From Spongospora subterranea f. sp. subterranea (lineage: Eukaryota), in contig JAUGWO010000007.1 of the NCBI GenBank assembly GCA_049724395.1, forward strand, positions 1 to 64,000: a stretch of DNA of 64,000 nt. Direction: 5' to 3'. Position numbers and translations under genes: made by a program. Positions 38,294 through 52,725 of the stretch are shown here, piece by piece; the stretch's first letter is position 1; every line of letters begins with the position of its first letter. The notes under the pieces were generated by a model. It saw only the letters and a program-made list of their open reading frames with translations. It was not told the origin of the DNA and did no database searches.

Positions 38294-41284
38294 ATGTTTT
38301 CATTGAGGCGATTGGCTAGGCCATGTCTTAGAATCAGTAATTTAATGCCAACGTTCAGTTCACAGGTGGAACCTTTTTCTTTCGCCGCCACTGCCATTTT
38401 TCTGATGAACGTTCCATTTTTAGGCCATTACCAACATTGGAATATCAGCGCATATTGATAGCGGTAAAACTACATTAACAGGTGATGTTTCGGACTTGTT
38501 TTGTCAGCTTTGAATATTAACTTTTTTCCAACAGAACGGATTCTGTACTACACCGGTACATATAGAAGAGATTTCATAACGAGCATTGCTCTGATATTGA
38601 TGCAGGAAGAATTCATGAGATCCATGATGTGAAAGGCCGAGATGGCATAGGAGCGAAAATGGACTCTATGGAACTTGAAAGAGAGAAAGTATCCTCTATT
38701 CTCTGCAGTAGGGTTAGTTGTTTAAGCATTACCATAGGGAATCACTATCCAAAGTGCTGCGACCTTTACCGAATGGAAAGGAAATCACATTAACATTATT
38801 GATACACCTGGTCATGTCGACTTCACAATAGAGGTCGAGCGTTCGCTTCGTGTGCTTGATGGAGCAATCCTTGTGTATGTATCTGCCTTGTTTCAGGTGT
38901 TTTAGGGCAAACAACCTCAAACTACATAGGCTATGCGGTGTTGGTGGTGTTCAAAGCCAGTCCATGACTGTCGATCGTCAAATGAAACGATATTCCGTAC
39001 CAAGAATTTGCTTTATCAACAAACTTGACAGAACTGGAGCCAACCCTTTCAAGGTGATTGATGAGGTTCGCCGCGTTCTAGAAGTCAACGCTGCAGCGGT
39101 TCAGGTAATTTTAAACGTTGCTTTGCTGAGTGTCGTCAGTTGTTCCAAATTGATGTGCATGAACAGCTGCCAATGGGGCTTGAGGACAAACATCGTGGAA
39201 TAATAGACCTGATATCCGGAGAATGTTACGAGTTTCATGGTCCAAACGGTGACGAAGTTAGAAATGTTCCAATTCCCAGTGATATGATGGTCAGATATCC
39301 GCCTGCTTGTTTCGAGGGACCTCGTTGTCAACACATGACCCCAGGAGGACTACGACATTAATCGCCGCTTGATGATAGAACGTCTAGCTGAGTGTGATGA
39401 CGTAATCGCTGAATATTTTATGTTGGAAGAGGATCCGCCACAAGATGTGATCAAGTCAGCTATTCGTCGAGCAACTATCGCTAATAAGTTTGCTCCCGTT
39501 TTTATGGGTAATTTTGGCATCTTCTTCTCTCCAAGTCTAACTCAGACGTACAGGGAGTGCTTTCAAGAATAAAGGCGTGCAACCTTTACTAGACGGAGTG
39601 GTTTCATACTTGCCACATCCTCATGAAGTTTCCAATCAAGCTTTGAATATAGACCTTGATGAAGAACCGGTGGAGTTGAAATCACTTCCTGATCTTCCCC
39701 TTGTTGCTCTAGTTGCTCTAGGTATGTTGCTCTAGGTATGGTATCTTCATAGAAAACTTAACTCTTCTTGATTATCTTTTCCAATCAGCATTCAAGCTTG
39801 AGGAAAGCAGGTTTGGGCAGTTGACGTATACTCGTGTATACCAAGGTATGTGTGCTGTTTTAGCGAACCGGTGTTACAATTTATGGATTTTTTTATTAGG
39901 TACTTTGAAGAAGGGAAGTTATATTTATAATACATCGCAATCCGGCTCAAAGCCAGTTAAAGTACCTCGCCTTGTCCGGATGCACAGCAACGAAATGGTA
40001 AATCAACCAGTCTTGATCACCGAATAAATCGTTACTTACCTTTCAGCTATTTAGGAAGATATAACGAGTGCTGGCCCTGGAGAAATTGTAGCAATGTTCG
40101 GCATTGAGTGCAATTCAGGGACGACTTTTACAGACGGTTCACTAAATTATTCAATGACTACGATGTACATTCCTGAGCCTGTTATGTCATACGCTGTCAA
40201 AACTAAATACGTTAAAGATAATGTCAACTTTTCTAAGGTATCCAAGTTGCCATTCAATGGTTTCAATAATAATGCTTTGATATAGGCAATGGCTCGATTT
40301 TCAAAAGAAGATCCCACTTTCCGAGTGAGTTTTGACCATGAAAACAGCCAAACGATCATTTCCGGGATGGGTGAATTGCACCTGCAAATATATATGGAGA
40401 GGCTGAGCAGAGAGTATGGGGTTGAAACGGTTACCAGTCCGCCAAGGGTCAACTATAAGTAGGCCAGAATATCGTTTGTGGTTGTTGTTGATCTAATTGC
40501 CCATGCAGAGAGGCACTCACACGCTCTGTGAAATTTGATTATCTCCATAAAAAACAGACAGGAGGCGCAGGTCAGTATGCCCGAGTTGTTGGAGTTTTAG
40601 AGCCAATCCCAAGTGAGGAGAATGGTCCTCCTTTCGAGTTTCACAACGAATTGGTTGGTAACAGTGTCCCACCTGAATATGCTGCAGCTGTCGAGAAAGG
40701 ATTCCAGCTTGCCGTGTAAGATCGGTCTGACTACGACTGAATCCACAGATAGGGCTAACGTTTTTGCATTGTAGTAAAGAGGGCGTTTTAATTGGACATC
40801 AATGTGTTGGTGTCCGAGTTCGCCTACAAGACGGTGCGTCTCACGCTGTTGATTCATCAGAGATGGCGTTCAGAATTGCTGCCCAATACGCGTTCCGGGA
40901 AGCATTCAAAAACGGTAGTCCTATAATTACTGAACCTATTATGAACGTTCAGGTATAAACTCGACCCAAAAATGTGAGGTTTATTGCCAAACTGATGTTT
41001 GTTAGGTCACAATACCGAGCGAATTTCAGGGAGCAGCCATGGCTGGGCTGAGTAGACGTCGGGGATTGATTCTTAATAGCGACACTTGTGGAGCATCATG
41101 TAGTATTCAGAGCGAAGTGCCTCTTAATTTGATGTTCGGCTATTCGACAGATCTGAGATCAGCAACGGCTGGTAAAGGGGAGTTCTCCATGGAGTACAGT
41201 CGACATCAACCCGTCACCCGAGATCAACAGAAAGAGCTGATAGAAGAATATCAAAAGAAGAGGAAACAAGAAAGTGAGGAATAG
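38294..41284 (+). CDS. GFM1: Mitochondrial elongation factor G1 (many short introns)
   Basis: Arg-rich transit peptide [65 protein letters not shown] and [22 protein letters not shown]. Confidence 0.97.
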
Positions 41285-41407
41285 ACTTGTAGAATTCAAT
41301 CGCAATAAATCAATTGTCTAATCGAATAGTCTGAGCAGTGTAACGAGCCCTTTCCTATTTGTTTTCGATCTGGTCCCTTTGATCCTAAATAAAATTGTTG
41401 ATTGATT

Positions 41408-43376
41408 ATGGCGTACTGTTCTTAAGCTTTGCATGTACTGGGTATCGCACGATCAGATTGTGTTCCTGAAATGATCCAGGTACGTCCCAATAATGTGATT
41501 CCATCTTGCGCGGGACGTTGGTTTTACTGCATCATTACGCTATATTGGTACCGTTTTGCAATCCTTAGTTTTTTGTGGCGGAACTGGGCCCTGCTGTTCG
41601 ATACATATATCGCCTGTGATCATGTTTTTACCCATTGACTACCTCTCGTTAGTTCTGCTATTCTTCCTGCTCGCCTACATGCCCATCAACTTATATCGAT
41701 ATTATCTCCGTCTACATGTCTATCCTATCAAGTAATAGATCGTTAATCCTGTTCCTCAATCCGCGTTGATCGTTTAACCTCCGTTACCGCTTCAGGATGT
41801 GGAACGCTAAGCTAATGCTGTTGACTGGAATTACCCTATTCATTCATCAGATTGTAATGGTGGTCGGAATGTTAACCCCAAGATTCACTGTCATCATTGC
41901 CACTTTCACCCTTATTCCGGCAGATTCATGGACCGTCGACGCGTTTGTCCTCCAAGCTTTTGTGGTGAGTTACGCCCATGTCCAAGATACACAGCAATAA
42001 CATGTTTTGCAGCTTTATATCAAGTTCGAGATTGTTCACCATCAGGTATGGTTTGACGACCTATATCTCGCTCGTTGTGAAGAAATCTCGCTCAGGATAT
42101 ATACGCCGATAACCAATCCAAAGGTGCAGGCGAACTGGAGATACTATTGAGCCGATCAAAATGGGTTATCTCCAGACCGATGAATATCGCATTCATGGCA
42201 TTCAATTTGACGATTCTGATTATTCCGGTTTTGATATTTGAGTTTCTAACCGAAGGTGTATCTACTCTACCAGCGACCTCTTGTAATAATATTTCACTGC
42301 ATCCAGAATGCACTATAATGTCGGTAAAACTCAAACGGTTGTTAAAATCGGGACTAATTTATCTTTGTAAAACCCATATAGGACCTTCCTTGTCCTGGCA
42401 AAGCACCTGATGTCTTGGAGTTTAGGAGCGTTCTGTGCCTATAAACTCAAGATGGTTTCTGATTCTATCGGGATCAAAAAGTCTCTGAAAAACATGAGCT
42501 TGACGTTCGTCATCATGTACGTTATCTTTCTGGTACTGACCGTGCTCTCCGGAATCATTTCTCCAGAATATAACATCTCCAATCATATATTGATCGTTGG
42601 ATATTGTATCATCTTCTACTTTGTAATCGTGATGCCTGTGCACCAGACATATTCTCTGGCTGTGTCACACGAGGTCGATGACAATCAGATCCGGCGATTT
42701 TTGTCAGACTCGAAGCGGTTTGACGCCTTCTACGCGCACGCCAAGACGGAATTCAATGTCGAGAATCTGCTGTTCTGGAGAGATATCCACTCGATCGTGA
42801 GCCATAATCGAAGGAAGCATTCGACCTCACCCTCGATGGGCAAGCACTGGAGTAAGATGACAGCCAAACTAAGCAATAAGAACAATGGGAAGTCGATTGA
42901 TTTCGCGAACGCCGATTTGAATGAGCCCGAAGTGTTTGAGGTGATTTACCAAAGATACATCTGCGATGGCGCACCAATGCAGGTACACTGGTTTGACCAT
43001 GGCGACGCCTTGTGGTTGACAGCTGATCTCGAACTTCTCCTACAGATAAACTTACCGGATAAGATTCTGAAAAGCATGCGACAATATTACGAGTCCATGC
43101 GAGATACAGAGGGGGGTTGTGCTAACATGACCGCCCAGATGGCGATCTATAAAGAGGCATTATCGTCCATTGAGCATCTGATGTCAACCGGTAATTAAGA
43201 GAATTTCGTTATCAGCATTACGCGATAAGTAATCACATCGTGCAGATATGCTTCCGAGGTTCAAGAGGACCTCAGTCGGTAAACAATTCTGGGCTGATTT
43301 CGAGCAGATGCAACAGGAGTCCACAGCAATGCCATCTTCAACTGAGCACCAATCAGCAGACTCAAATATGATATAA
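41408..43376 (+). CDS. Multi-TM protein with C-terminal RGS domain (7TM-RGS-like); start uncertain
   Basis: Several hydrophobic helices, then FYAHAKTEFNVENLLFW, IYQRYICDGAPMQ/INLP and LMSTDMLPRF. Confidence 0.85.
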
Positions 43377-43856
43377 AAAATCTCGGACGAGTTGTCAAAT
43401 TTTTCGCATCTTGGATAGGCCATCAATGGCAAAAAGGAAAAACTGACGTAATGTGGTCGGACTTCTGCCTAATGTTACCAATGCTCTTGTTACACACAGA
43501 ACTACAGTACTGGAATTGCCACTGCGCAGCATTCAGCACAAGCTCAATTTTGCTAAATTTGTTCATCTCATCGTGGAAATCCGGTCTCTACTCAGGTAGG
43601 GCGCACTGATGGCCTTCCGGTTCGGATGATTTTTCCAATATTGGCACGATTGAAGTCAACCGACGAAACGAAAACAACAAAAAATGCATCTGCGTGACCT
43701 TATCGGGTAGGAAGTGCCACCATTGTCTTTTATACAAACGCTTTCCCGAGAAAACAAGTTTCGGGTGATTAAGGACGTCCACAACCTTCAATTTCCAACA
43801 ATAAATTCTTTTTTAATGATGACTGATTAGAACTCGGCAATCCTGAGGTAAACAAG

Positions 43857-45632
43857 TTAACTTGCTTCAGCGACATACGCGTCGTTATGCACACCAACGA
43901 CGCATCGGCCAGAAGGATCTGCCATTGACCGGAACGACGCGTCCCACGACATAGCCCGAGGCGTACTGCACGCTATGGTTGGAGCCCATGGAACAGAATC
44001 CCGAGCGGATTGCTGAGGAAAGTGTTGTTCGAAAATCTCACGGTAGAGATATGCCTCTTTCGTCAATGGCGGTTTTTCAGGAAATCGATGTTTAGCTGCG
44101 TCCATCATAGCATCAGATATACGGTCGTCGGCGTATTTTTTTAGAGAATCAATCCAGTTGTAACCAACACCGTCAGAGAACTGTTCTTTTTGGCGCCATA
44201 AAACCGAGTCCGGAAGGTACTTGTCTTCATCCAGGGAGAATGCGCGACGTAAAATCCACTTCTCCATGCGAGGCTCGCCGGTTACTTCATCCTGAGCCAT
44301 TTTGAAACGCGGATCGATTGACATAGCGACGTCTAGGAACTTTGTGTCCAGGAATGGGACACGCGCTTCGACTCCAAAAGCAGCCATGCTTTTGTTTGCG
44401 CGCAAACAGTCGTACTTGTAGAGCTCGCCGACCTTATCGATTACTTCTGCCTGAAACTCTATAGGATTGGGAGCCTTATGGAAGTACAGATAACCCCCGA
44501 ATACTTCATCAGCTCCTTCACCGCTTAATATCATCTTCACTCCGGTTGATTTGATACGCCTGGACATAAGAAACATGGGCGTTGACGCTCGAACAGTCGT
44601 TAGATCGAATGTTTCTAAATGATAGATAACAGCGGACAGGGCATCAAGCCCCTCCTGAACACTGAAAATAAATTCATGATGCTTCGTTCCCAGAAATTCA
44701 GCAACTGATCTGGCGGCAGCCAAGTCTTGACTTCCAGCTAAACCTATAGAAAACGACTGCACAGGTTCAAGTTCTGGTCGGCTCCGCAAAATCCGGCATG
44801 TGATTGATGTAATCAAAGAAGAATCCAAGCCTCCTGAAAGAAGAACTCCAAAAGGAACGTCTGCCATCAGATGGCTGCGAACTGAGTCGGTCAGTGCATT
44901 GCGTATTAGCTTGGCTATATCCCCACGACCTGGAGGAAGTTGGAAAGTCGACTTTGAAGCCGCCACCTTCCGCCACATCGGAGTGTAAAATGGTTGTAAA
45001 CGTTGCTCGATGGGCAATGATGAATCGTATACGTGACCGGGTAAAAACTGCTCAAATCTGCTGCAGTGGTCGCAGAGTGCTTTAAGTTCGCTGGCGAACC
45101 ACACTGAACCGTCGTCAGCCCAGCCGATGTACAGCGGAACGATGCCGATCGGATCACGCGCGGCAACATATCGGCCGCTCTTCCGATCGTATAAAACAAA
45201 AGCATACATTCCTTGAAGCTGATTGAACACCATTGTATGCCCCTTGGATTCTGTTTATATGTCGATAAGTTACATCAGTGAAATTGAAACCAGTGAAGGA
45301 ATACTTTCAAATAATTGCAAAATAACTTCACAATCAGAGTTTGATCGAAATTTAGTATCCTGCATCGAAGATCGTATATCTTCGTGGTTGTAGATCTCTC
45401 CGTTCACAGTCAGAACCAAATTATCATCTCCGGAAAATATTGGCTGGGCACCAGAAGCGACATCGACGATACTCAGCCGTTCATGAACCAGTATGGCATC
45501 GACCGACGAGAAGATGCCCGATGCATCGGGTCCCCGGTGCCGAAGGCGCCTGGACATTTCGAGGGCGGTCTGGCGGAAGGAATCCGCATCCCGGCCAGGG
45601 CCTAGACCCAGGATCGCCAGTATTCCACACAT
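43857..45632 (-). CDS. ASNS: Asparagine synthetase (glutamine-hydrolysing), one intron 45251-45304
   Basis: MCGILAI, RHRGPD, HERLSIVD, NGEIYNH, LLSGGLDSS, SGEGADE and WRQKEQFSDGVG. Confidence 0.98.
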
Positions 45633-46291
45633 CTGCCGAAAGCGGACAATAGACAGCGCCCTAATGTAATAAGTGAGCACGGTTGTTATTCGGACTCGGA
45701 AACATGACCATTTAAGGACAGGTAACGAGAGGGTACGTCATTGGCTCACGCGTTCATCGCGCTGTTCTGCGATCGGTTCCTAATGGGGGTACCAAAATCC
45801 AGCTCCTGGGGACGTGACCGTTCATGATCCGGCCAGTGCAATCACCGAGAAAGTTACCTAGTCACTCCAATGGGGATCAGGATCATCCCGAGGAGTGTCT
45901 CAGTATTTTGTGTGACCCACGCCAAATCCCGCCTGTAAATCGAACGCCAACACGGCAATTTAGTGGCGACAACAGTACACAACGGAATACGACGCCTACA
46001 CTGTTATTGACACCAAGGTTATGTACACAATTTGACTCGTTTGGATGACCAGGGACGGATTTTAATGGGATTTTCAAAATGAAGGTCGTCTATATTGGAG
46101 TGTTAAGATCAATATTTGATTAAACCCTGCCGCCGCATCACTGTGGATTAGGCCCGGTTGGATTTGGACAAGAACTATGTCACCCAAAAAAATACCTTCC
46201 GAAACCTCGCTTGTGTCAATATCTATCTTTAATTTTCTCACCTGTATGTTGATTATCAATAAACGGATGCTGTATATTCACGCTAGGATCT

Positions 46292-48602
46292 CTAATTTAT
46301 TATTTCGGCTGTAAAAGCCATCAGTTTCGCGGCCGCTAAATCCGTTATTTTTTGGTATTCTGCCACATCTGGAAGTGCTTGCCTGTACCGGTTCCATGAA
46401 TCAAGAAACGCGCTGTCATTCGCCTCACTGCCGCCTTCCTGCATTAGAACAGATAATTCCCCGTCAATCAGGCCCCAAACATGTTCCATTTCTTGTTGAA
46501 GTGCTTCAGCGACACGGGCAGCGATTCGATAGAAACATGGGCTGGACCAATCGATCGACAAGCTGATGTCGCCCAATTGCCGATAAATGCAATCCACTAT
46601 CTCTGATACTCGAGAACACGAGACCGAACCGATCGCTAACTGAGCATCATTAGCATTCAGAGAACCAAGTTCAACCTCAGCATTGCGAGAACGGAACTTT
46701 CGGTATTTAGAACCGAATAAGGTCGTGCGAGAATGCTGGGCGGCGAAGGTTTGACTAACATTATAGAAACCATCCATGTTCTGAAATACGTTTGACAGGT
46801 TACGTAGATCGATCTTATCGGAATGAAGACTGAGACCGGTCTGATATGGATGTTCCTGACGATAACTATCTGGAGGGCGACATAGTGGCGCCTCTATGTC
46901 GACATCTCTCTTTGAGAATCGCCTTTTGATGGTTATCGGTCGGACGTCCATGTAATGAGGAGCATGGCTAGATTGGAGGGTGGAGGAGAGTGAGAACTGA
47001 TAGGGATGTGTTCGCCAAGACAAAACCAGTAATGAAGAGACGCTCTCAACGAATTGCGAAAACTCGCTGAGCTGAACGAAAAGAGCGATGGAAGTCCCCG
47101 TTTTCGGCAGGATTGAAGAACATTGAGGCGCCGACGTCGAGAGCATCATATTATTGGACCGCAGTAGCAAGCCAACCGAGAAGATGGAATGGATTTCAGA
47201 CCCGTTATAAACATCAACCTCTATTCTAAAGCGATCGCTCTCGTAATTTTCTCGAACAGCGGAAATGATGGGCTGACTTGAGATACCAGCAGCACTTTGT
47301 ACTTGTTCCTCGATGATCATGTTCGTGGCACCCACCGGGGGTTTGAACATGGAAACTATATTGGGAACGGATTTGCCCAAGAGTTCAAGGGGAAATCGCA
47401 CGTCGTGACCATCCAGAATCCCTTTTGCATGATTCAATAGCGCCCGCTTGTAGTCCACCAAACCTTCATCACGCTCCAATGAAGCACATCCCTTATGAAT
47501 TCGTGCTAATAAATAGCCAGATAAAGAGGCCAAATGACATGACGATTCAACGGATTTCCCGTTCATGTTGAGCAAACTTTGAGACGACGTCCAAAGTTGC
47601 CGATCATTTAGCGGTAAACACCATTCAATATCATGAACAGTGAAAACAGTTTCAAACGATGATAGTGATATTACATCGATCGATGTCCAATTTGCGAATG
47701 ATACAACAACATGATCAGCAACGGGTTGCACGTTGATAGGAGAGTGTGATAATGGTTTATTTGCACTAAAATGAGGAGGGCAGAATCAGCGATGGGCATT
47801 TTTCAATCGTGTTTTGCTTACAGGATGACAGCACGGCGCGATAAATACATTGCAGGTGGGTCTGAACAGCCAATAACAAAGGAGTCGGGTTTCTGGCAAT
47901 ACGCTAAACAGGATGCAGAGTAGGCAAGGCTGGCAGGACAATTGACTGAAGGCCCTGGGACAAGGGATAGTTCCTCTCCAGAAGTGTGTCGATGTTGAAC
48001 TGAAATGAACAAGGAATTTGTTGACGCTTCAATTTTGAAGGATCCTGAAAGTAGCCAGATTAAATGACAATTTGTGAGAATTTGTCGTGTGAATACCCTT
48101 GATGTAATCCAAAGATATTGCAAGAGCGGTGAGCGGACACGACAGTTGACATGTTCCATGACTCCAACTTGCAGAATCGTGCCGGGTAAAAACATCCAGC
48201 ACGTCTTGACGAGTAAAGAGTACTGTGGGGCCATCTCCCAATACACATTGCTGAACTGGACCGGTAGACGACAAGGTAAAGCGATTTAGGTCCTCAAAAC
48301 GAAATCCGTCAACGATCAAACTAGCCGTTAACAGCACAGTTTGGCGATTTTCGTCAGCACATAACAGGACAACGACAATCTTAGGTCTGAATTTTGCCCA
48401 GGTAAACACCAAAACAACGAGGTGAACCTGTGCTTGCTTACAATCCGTCGAAAGTGTCGAGGCATTGGCGACATTGCAGAATATCGATCAGAACGAGGTC
48501 AGAGTCAGGAATTAACAGACAATGGCTGACAGGATGGTTGGGCTGCAAAGGATCGATCAATGAACACGTGATTTGCGAGTCGCCCGATGTTGATAGTTCC
48601 AT
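46292..48602 (-). CDS. Fanconi anemia group B-like protein (multi-exon)
   Basis: Beta-rich N-terminus, central coiled coil (LARIHKGCASLERDEGLVDYKRALL), Ig-like segment, and C-terminal YRQALPDVAEYQKITDLAAAKL, which resembles the FANCB C-terminal helix as recalled. Confidence 0.6.
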
Positions 48603-49357
48603 GATTGCCGTTCCTTGATAGCTACATCGTGTGGGCATTATTAAAACTGCGAGATATGGTGGATTGATCGGGATGCGATTAGCATCTCCCCCTCATTGTG
48701 CAGGACGCATCAAGGTTGTTCAGTACCTACCCGGGCGCCTTCCTTGGAAAGAAATCTTAGACCACGCGAATCTACTAGAGTTTTGGGCCCAGAACGATCA
48801 CGTGCAGTAATGTGGAAGAAATGTTGATTGAGCAGTAAAAACAAGGAGAATGAGGATGGAAAACTGAGCGTGGTCGTAGACACGTATCTAGAAAAACCTC
48901 AAATATAAATACGGACGTCAATCTAACACAATTAGATTTATATTTATTTACACACTATCTAGAGACTCAGATTAGGATTTTGAACAACATTGATTGGTTG
49001 TACGAATGGCAACAAAGTGGTGTACTTAGATGGTGGTGATCGCCATGTCGCAAAATGTTCATCCCTGATCAAATAATAATTGGCCAACTGTGTTCCCCGC
49101 CCGTTTGGTTGTTGGTTGGTTGCCTGGCGGGTGAGTCGGGCCGGCCCGATGACTCTACCGTCATTCTACCGTTCACGGATGATATGGGGCGGTCTCACTC
49201 TCAGATCAGACAATAATCGGTCGTCAGCAAAGGTGCTACAGCGCGTATCATCGGCACATTGTATTGCAGGTTGCGGCAGGCTATCCGATACCTTAGCGTT
49301 GATTGACCAGCGCTAGCGTGCGGTTAATATCCCAGCCAAGGCAATCCGCACTGGATC

Positions 49358-50311
49358 ATGTATTCTGGCCCGTGTCGCGGAGGAGTTAGAGGCGGTGCTG
49401 ATAGTAATTACCTGGATAGCTTGCGAGTTTAGCCTTTATCTGAGCTGTGATTGATAGGATTCAAATGGGAAGATGTTAAGTCTGACAAGTACAGGGAAAA
49501 CTATCTTGGACACAGTGTGAAAGCTCCTTTAGGCCGCTGGCAAAAAGGTAAGTTCAACTAATTTCAGCTTCAACAGCTCGTTCGTGTCTGAATTGGCAAC
49601 TAGGGCGAGATCTGACGTGGTACGCAAAAGATAAGAAAACTGGAAGCTACATTGGTGATGAAGAGCGCATGATGTTAGATATGGTCAAGCAACACGAGCA
49701 AGAAATGCTTCTAGAACAAATGTAATTCGAATTTTTTTCAGTTATTGGGATAGCCTAATTATTTTTGCAGAGGAGCTCGACCGAAAAAGCCTAGGCAATC
49801 AGCAGAGCAAGTTGAAAGCACCAAACTGAAAGAGATTTTAGCAAGGGGCCAGATCGACCGTGACGAGAAATTCGATGTCGAAAGAGTGCCTGGCCTTGGT
49901 TGTGGCCCATCGCTACATCACAGTGTTATGGGTCCTGTAGAACAAGTGATCGCGACCGATTGGGCTGATGAAGCGGTCACCAATTTACAAGCTGGAACCG
50001 AGGATAAATCGTTGTCTGATGAAACTCTGCGGAAAAGGGAAAAAGAGCAAAGAAAAGAGGAAAGAAGAGAAAAAAGGGAGAAGAAAGCATCTCGGCGAGC
50101 AATGCGGCAACGCCATGATTCTCCAGAACCATCAAAACAAACGCGCAGGGCATCACCTGACGCCACCGAACATAGTCACCGTACTTACAAAAACTCTGAT
50201 CGCGACAGGAATAGGTCGAGCAAACCTGCCTCAGAAAGGTCCCGCTATCGTGACGACTATGACAGAGACAGCTACAAAAAACGTGGTCGTTATGATTCGC
50301 CAAACCGATGA
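49358..50311 (+). CDS. MMTAG2/C1orf35-like protein (multi-exon)
   Basis: [46 protein letters not shown], with a K/R-rich tail. Confidence 0.92.
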
Positions 50312-50585
50312 AGCAACCGCAATTATTCATAAATCCATATATTGTCAGTTTGCCGGTTGACACTACCAATCAATTATTCCAGATTATTCCTGTTGGGGGG
50401 GGTTGGACAGACAGGCACCTACAGTCTATGCCGCGCTATAGTCTGAATTTGTCTGCGCTGTTGGCCGAGCCGGTGTCCGTACAGATAATTCCAGCTGTAC
50501 AGGGATCATAATACTTCTCTGGAACATCCCATATCTACAATAGCTTGCCCAAGCAATACGTCTCGAGAAACCTTCTCATTGTCAC

Positions 50586-51743
50586 ATGCCGGATGGCAAA
50601 GGTTGAGGAAAACACCGGCTTTCATCATGAGAGTTATTAAAATATTAATGGGTCAGGTAAAAAGCATGTGATGGGAGCCTCGGTTCAGGAATATCCAGAG
50701 GATGCGCTTCCTTCAACAAAACACTCATACTCGAGAACTGATGGTAGGCGATTTCAAGTTCGTGGAGCTGGTTACGAGAAGTATGCCCAACGTCCGCTGT
50801 GTATTGTTGCTTGATATTAACGATCGGCGTTGAGTAGGACTGGGGTTAAAGTTCAGTCAGACAGCGTTATGGCAGAGATTATTGCTGTGGATTTATTCAA
50901 AACTGACCATAAACTGTGTCATATCATGAAGTATATCGAAATTCCTGAAGAGTACCGAATTCCCCATCCTTTAAGTGACAGCAAAAACTTTATTCCCCAG
51001 GTATGATTGTTCAAAATTTCAGAGCCTTCTTTTTATTCTCATGCGCAGCTTTTTGTGATAAATTTCATGATTCCTGCTTACTCGCCTAGCAATCCAATAT
51101 GGGGTACGTCAAAGACAGACGGAAAGAGTTATAGCGCTGTTCTATACATTAGATTGAAGCCTGAAACTATTGACCTGATGAAAGACGACTCCAGCAATGC
51201 AGCAAAGCTTCTCAACGTATGTGTGTATCCATAACGAAACAAGTTCACGAATTCATCATTCCTATAGAGGTTCTTTCAGATGGATTGCACCTCGGAAGAA
51301 GACTTTGCCTTGCGCGGCCGGCTCAAGGGTATTCCAATCTTGCTCAACCCGCAATGCATTGGTTTAGGAGTTGCTCTGAGGCAATTGATCAAGAAATTCG
51401 ACGCAAAACCTTTTCTAACAGGTCCCAAATACCATAGCTTTATCAAAACCGACCATTATCTTGAATGTGATATCGACATTCATCAGTGGATATACATAGC
51501 CAGGAAAACGCTGCACAGGTTTGCCTTCTGAAAAACTAGTTTGACGGCACTGTCATCGCTTAACCGTTATTTTTCAGTTTGATCGGAGAAATTCATAAAA
51601 TGGACCTTGATTTTGGCGTTGTGGTAGAAGCTGCAGATGAAGAAGCCCCAGAAAGGATGTTAGCGAGCATCAGAGTGAGTCAAATTGATCCCGAACAGGC
51701 TGTACATATATCAGTGGGTGGCCATCAATACTGTAATAAATAA
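50586..51743 (+). CDS. EDR2 C-terminal (DUF1336) domain protein (multi-exon)
   Basis: FQVRGAGY, AVDLF, FVINFMIP, RLKGIP, YLECDIDIH and FGVVVEA...PERML. Confidence 0.88.
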
Positions 51744-52153
51744 ATTCATAAATCAAGGCAGGTGCTGTAGCATGTATATTGTTTAAGCAGCCATCTTTGT
51801 TTCGCGAACGTGCCTCCACACTTGCATCCCGACAACGTTGGCGTCCGTTCCCTTTACGGTCGGATTATCGGCTATGTACCGTTTCTTGATCTCATACGGA
51901 ACCGTAGCGCCACAGGGTAGTGAGATATTCTCTGATTGCACTTGACAGGTTCTCCTCTTATGTTCCCCTATCTTCACCCGCGCCTCTCATTGCGATGTGA
52001 AGCAGTTGTATCATTACAGTAGGTAACCCGATCCCAGTTGCAGGTGTAACAGGTCTTCCACTTGTGCTGGTCTGAAACCTTCCCCAGCTGGTGTAATAGG
52101 GTATCATTAGCTGCCGGAACTCACGAGTTATTGACCAGACCGTTATTTATTTG

Positions 52154-52689
52154 ATGACAAACACCTGGGCTACATGTCTAAATGACCCGTTCTGTGTTGG
52201 CGATAATGGGGTCGCTCCTATTGTCATTCATCTTATCTTCCTTTTCATTACAGTATTCCTAGCATACATCCTCAGGTCGGATAGAATGTTTGTTTTCTTG
52301 CTCATTCTATGGGATGTGAATTTATTTATATTTGCTTTCACCGACTCTATTACTCTTTGGTATGTTCTTGTCTGCTTCGATATCTGGGCCATGAATAGGT
52401 ATTTGAACACTAAGAAGGTGCGTTGAGTTGTTTACATTGTATGTATGCGAATAATTTGAAACGAACTCAAAAGGCACGAAACGCAAGCTCGGCCGGCAAG
52501 GAGGACGAAGATGAACAACATAATATGATGCCAGGCGTCACACACAACGGGCAAAAGATTGATAATGATGAGGAAGAAGACGAGGGAAATAGTGATGAAT
52601 CCAGCGGAATAAAACCCAACGATGGGATATCGGATAGAAGTCATAACACCAACCAAAGCACCAGGAGATCGATTGGCGATCCATATTAA
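52154..52689 (+). CDS. Hypothetical small membrane protein with acidic tail
   Basis: Hydrophobic ORF 52154-52417 can be joined by a GT..AG intron to the acidic ORF ending at 52689. No family recognised. Confidence 0.45.
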
Positions 52690-52725
52690 CCCACTGGTAT
52701 TTATCATAAAGAATATTATTGTGTT

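Noticed and set aside
38689..38737. U12-type intron in GFM1 (GTATCCTC donor)
   Set aside because: The donor deviates from RTATCCTT and no TCCTTAAC-like branch site is present.
48670..48715. U6/U6atac-like motif (GATTAGCATCTCCCC)
   Set aside because: The ACAGAGA/GGAGAGA box and downstream stem are missing.
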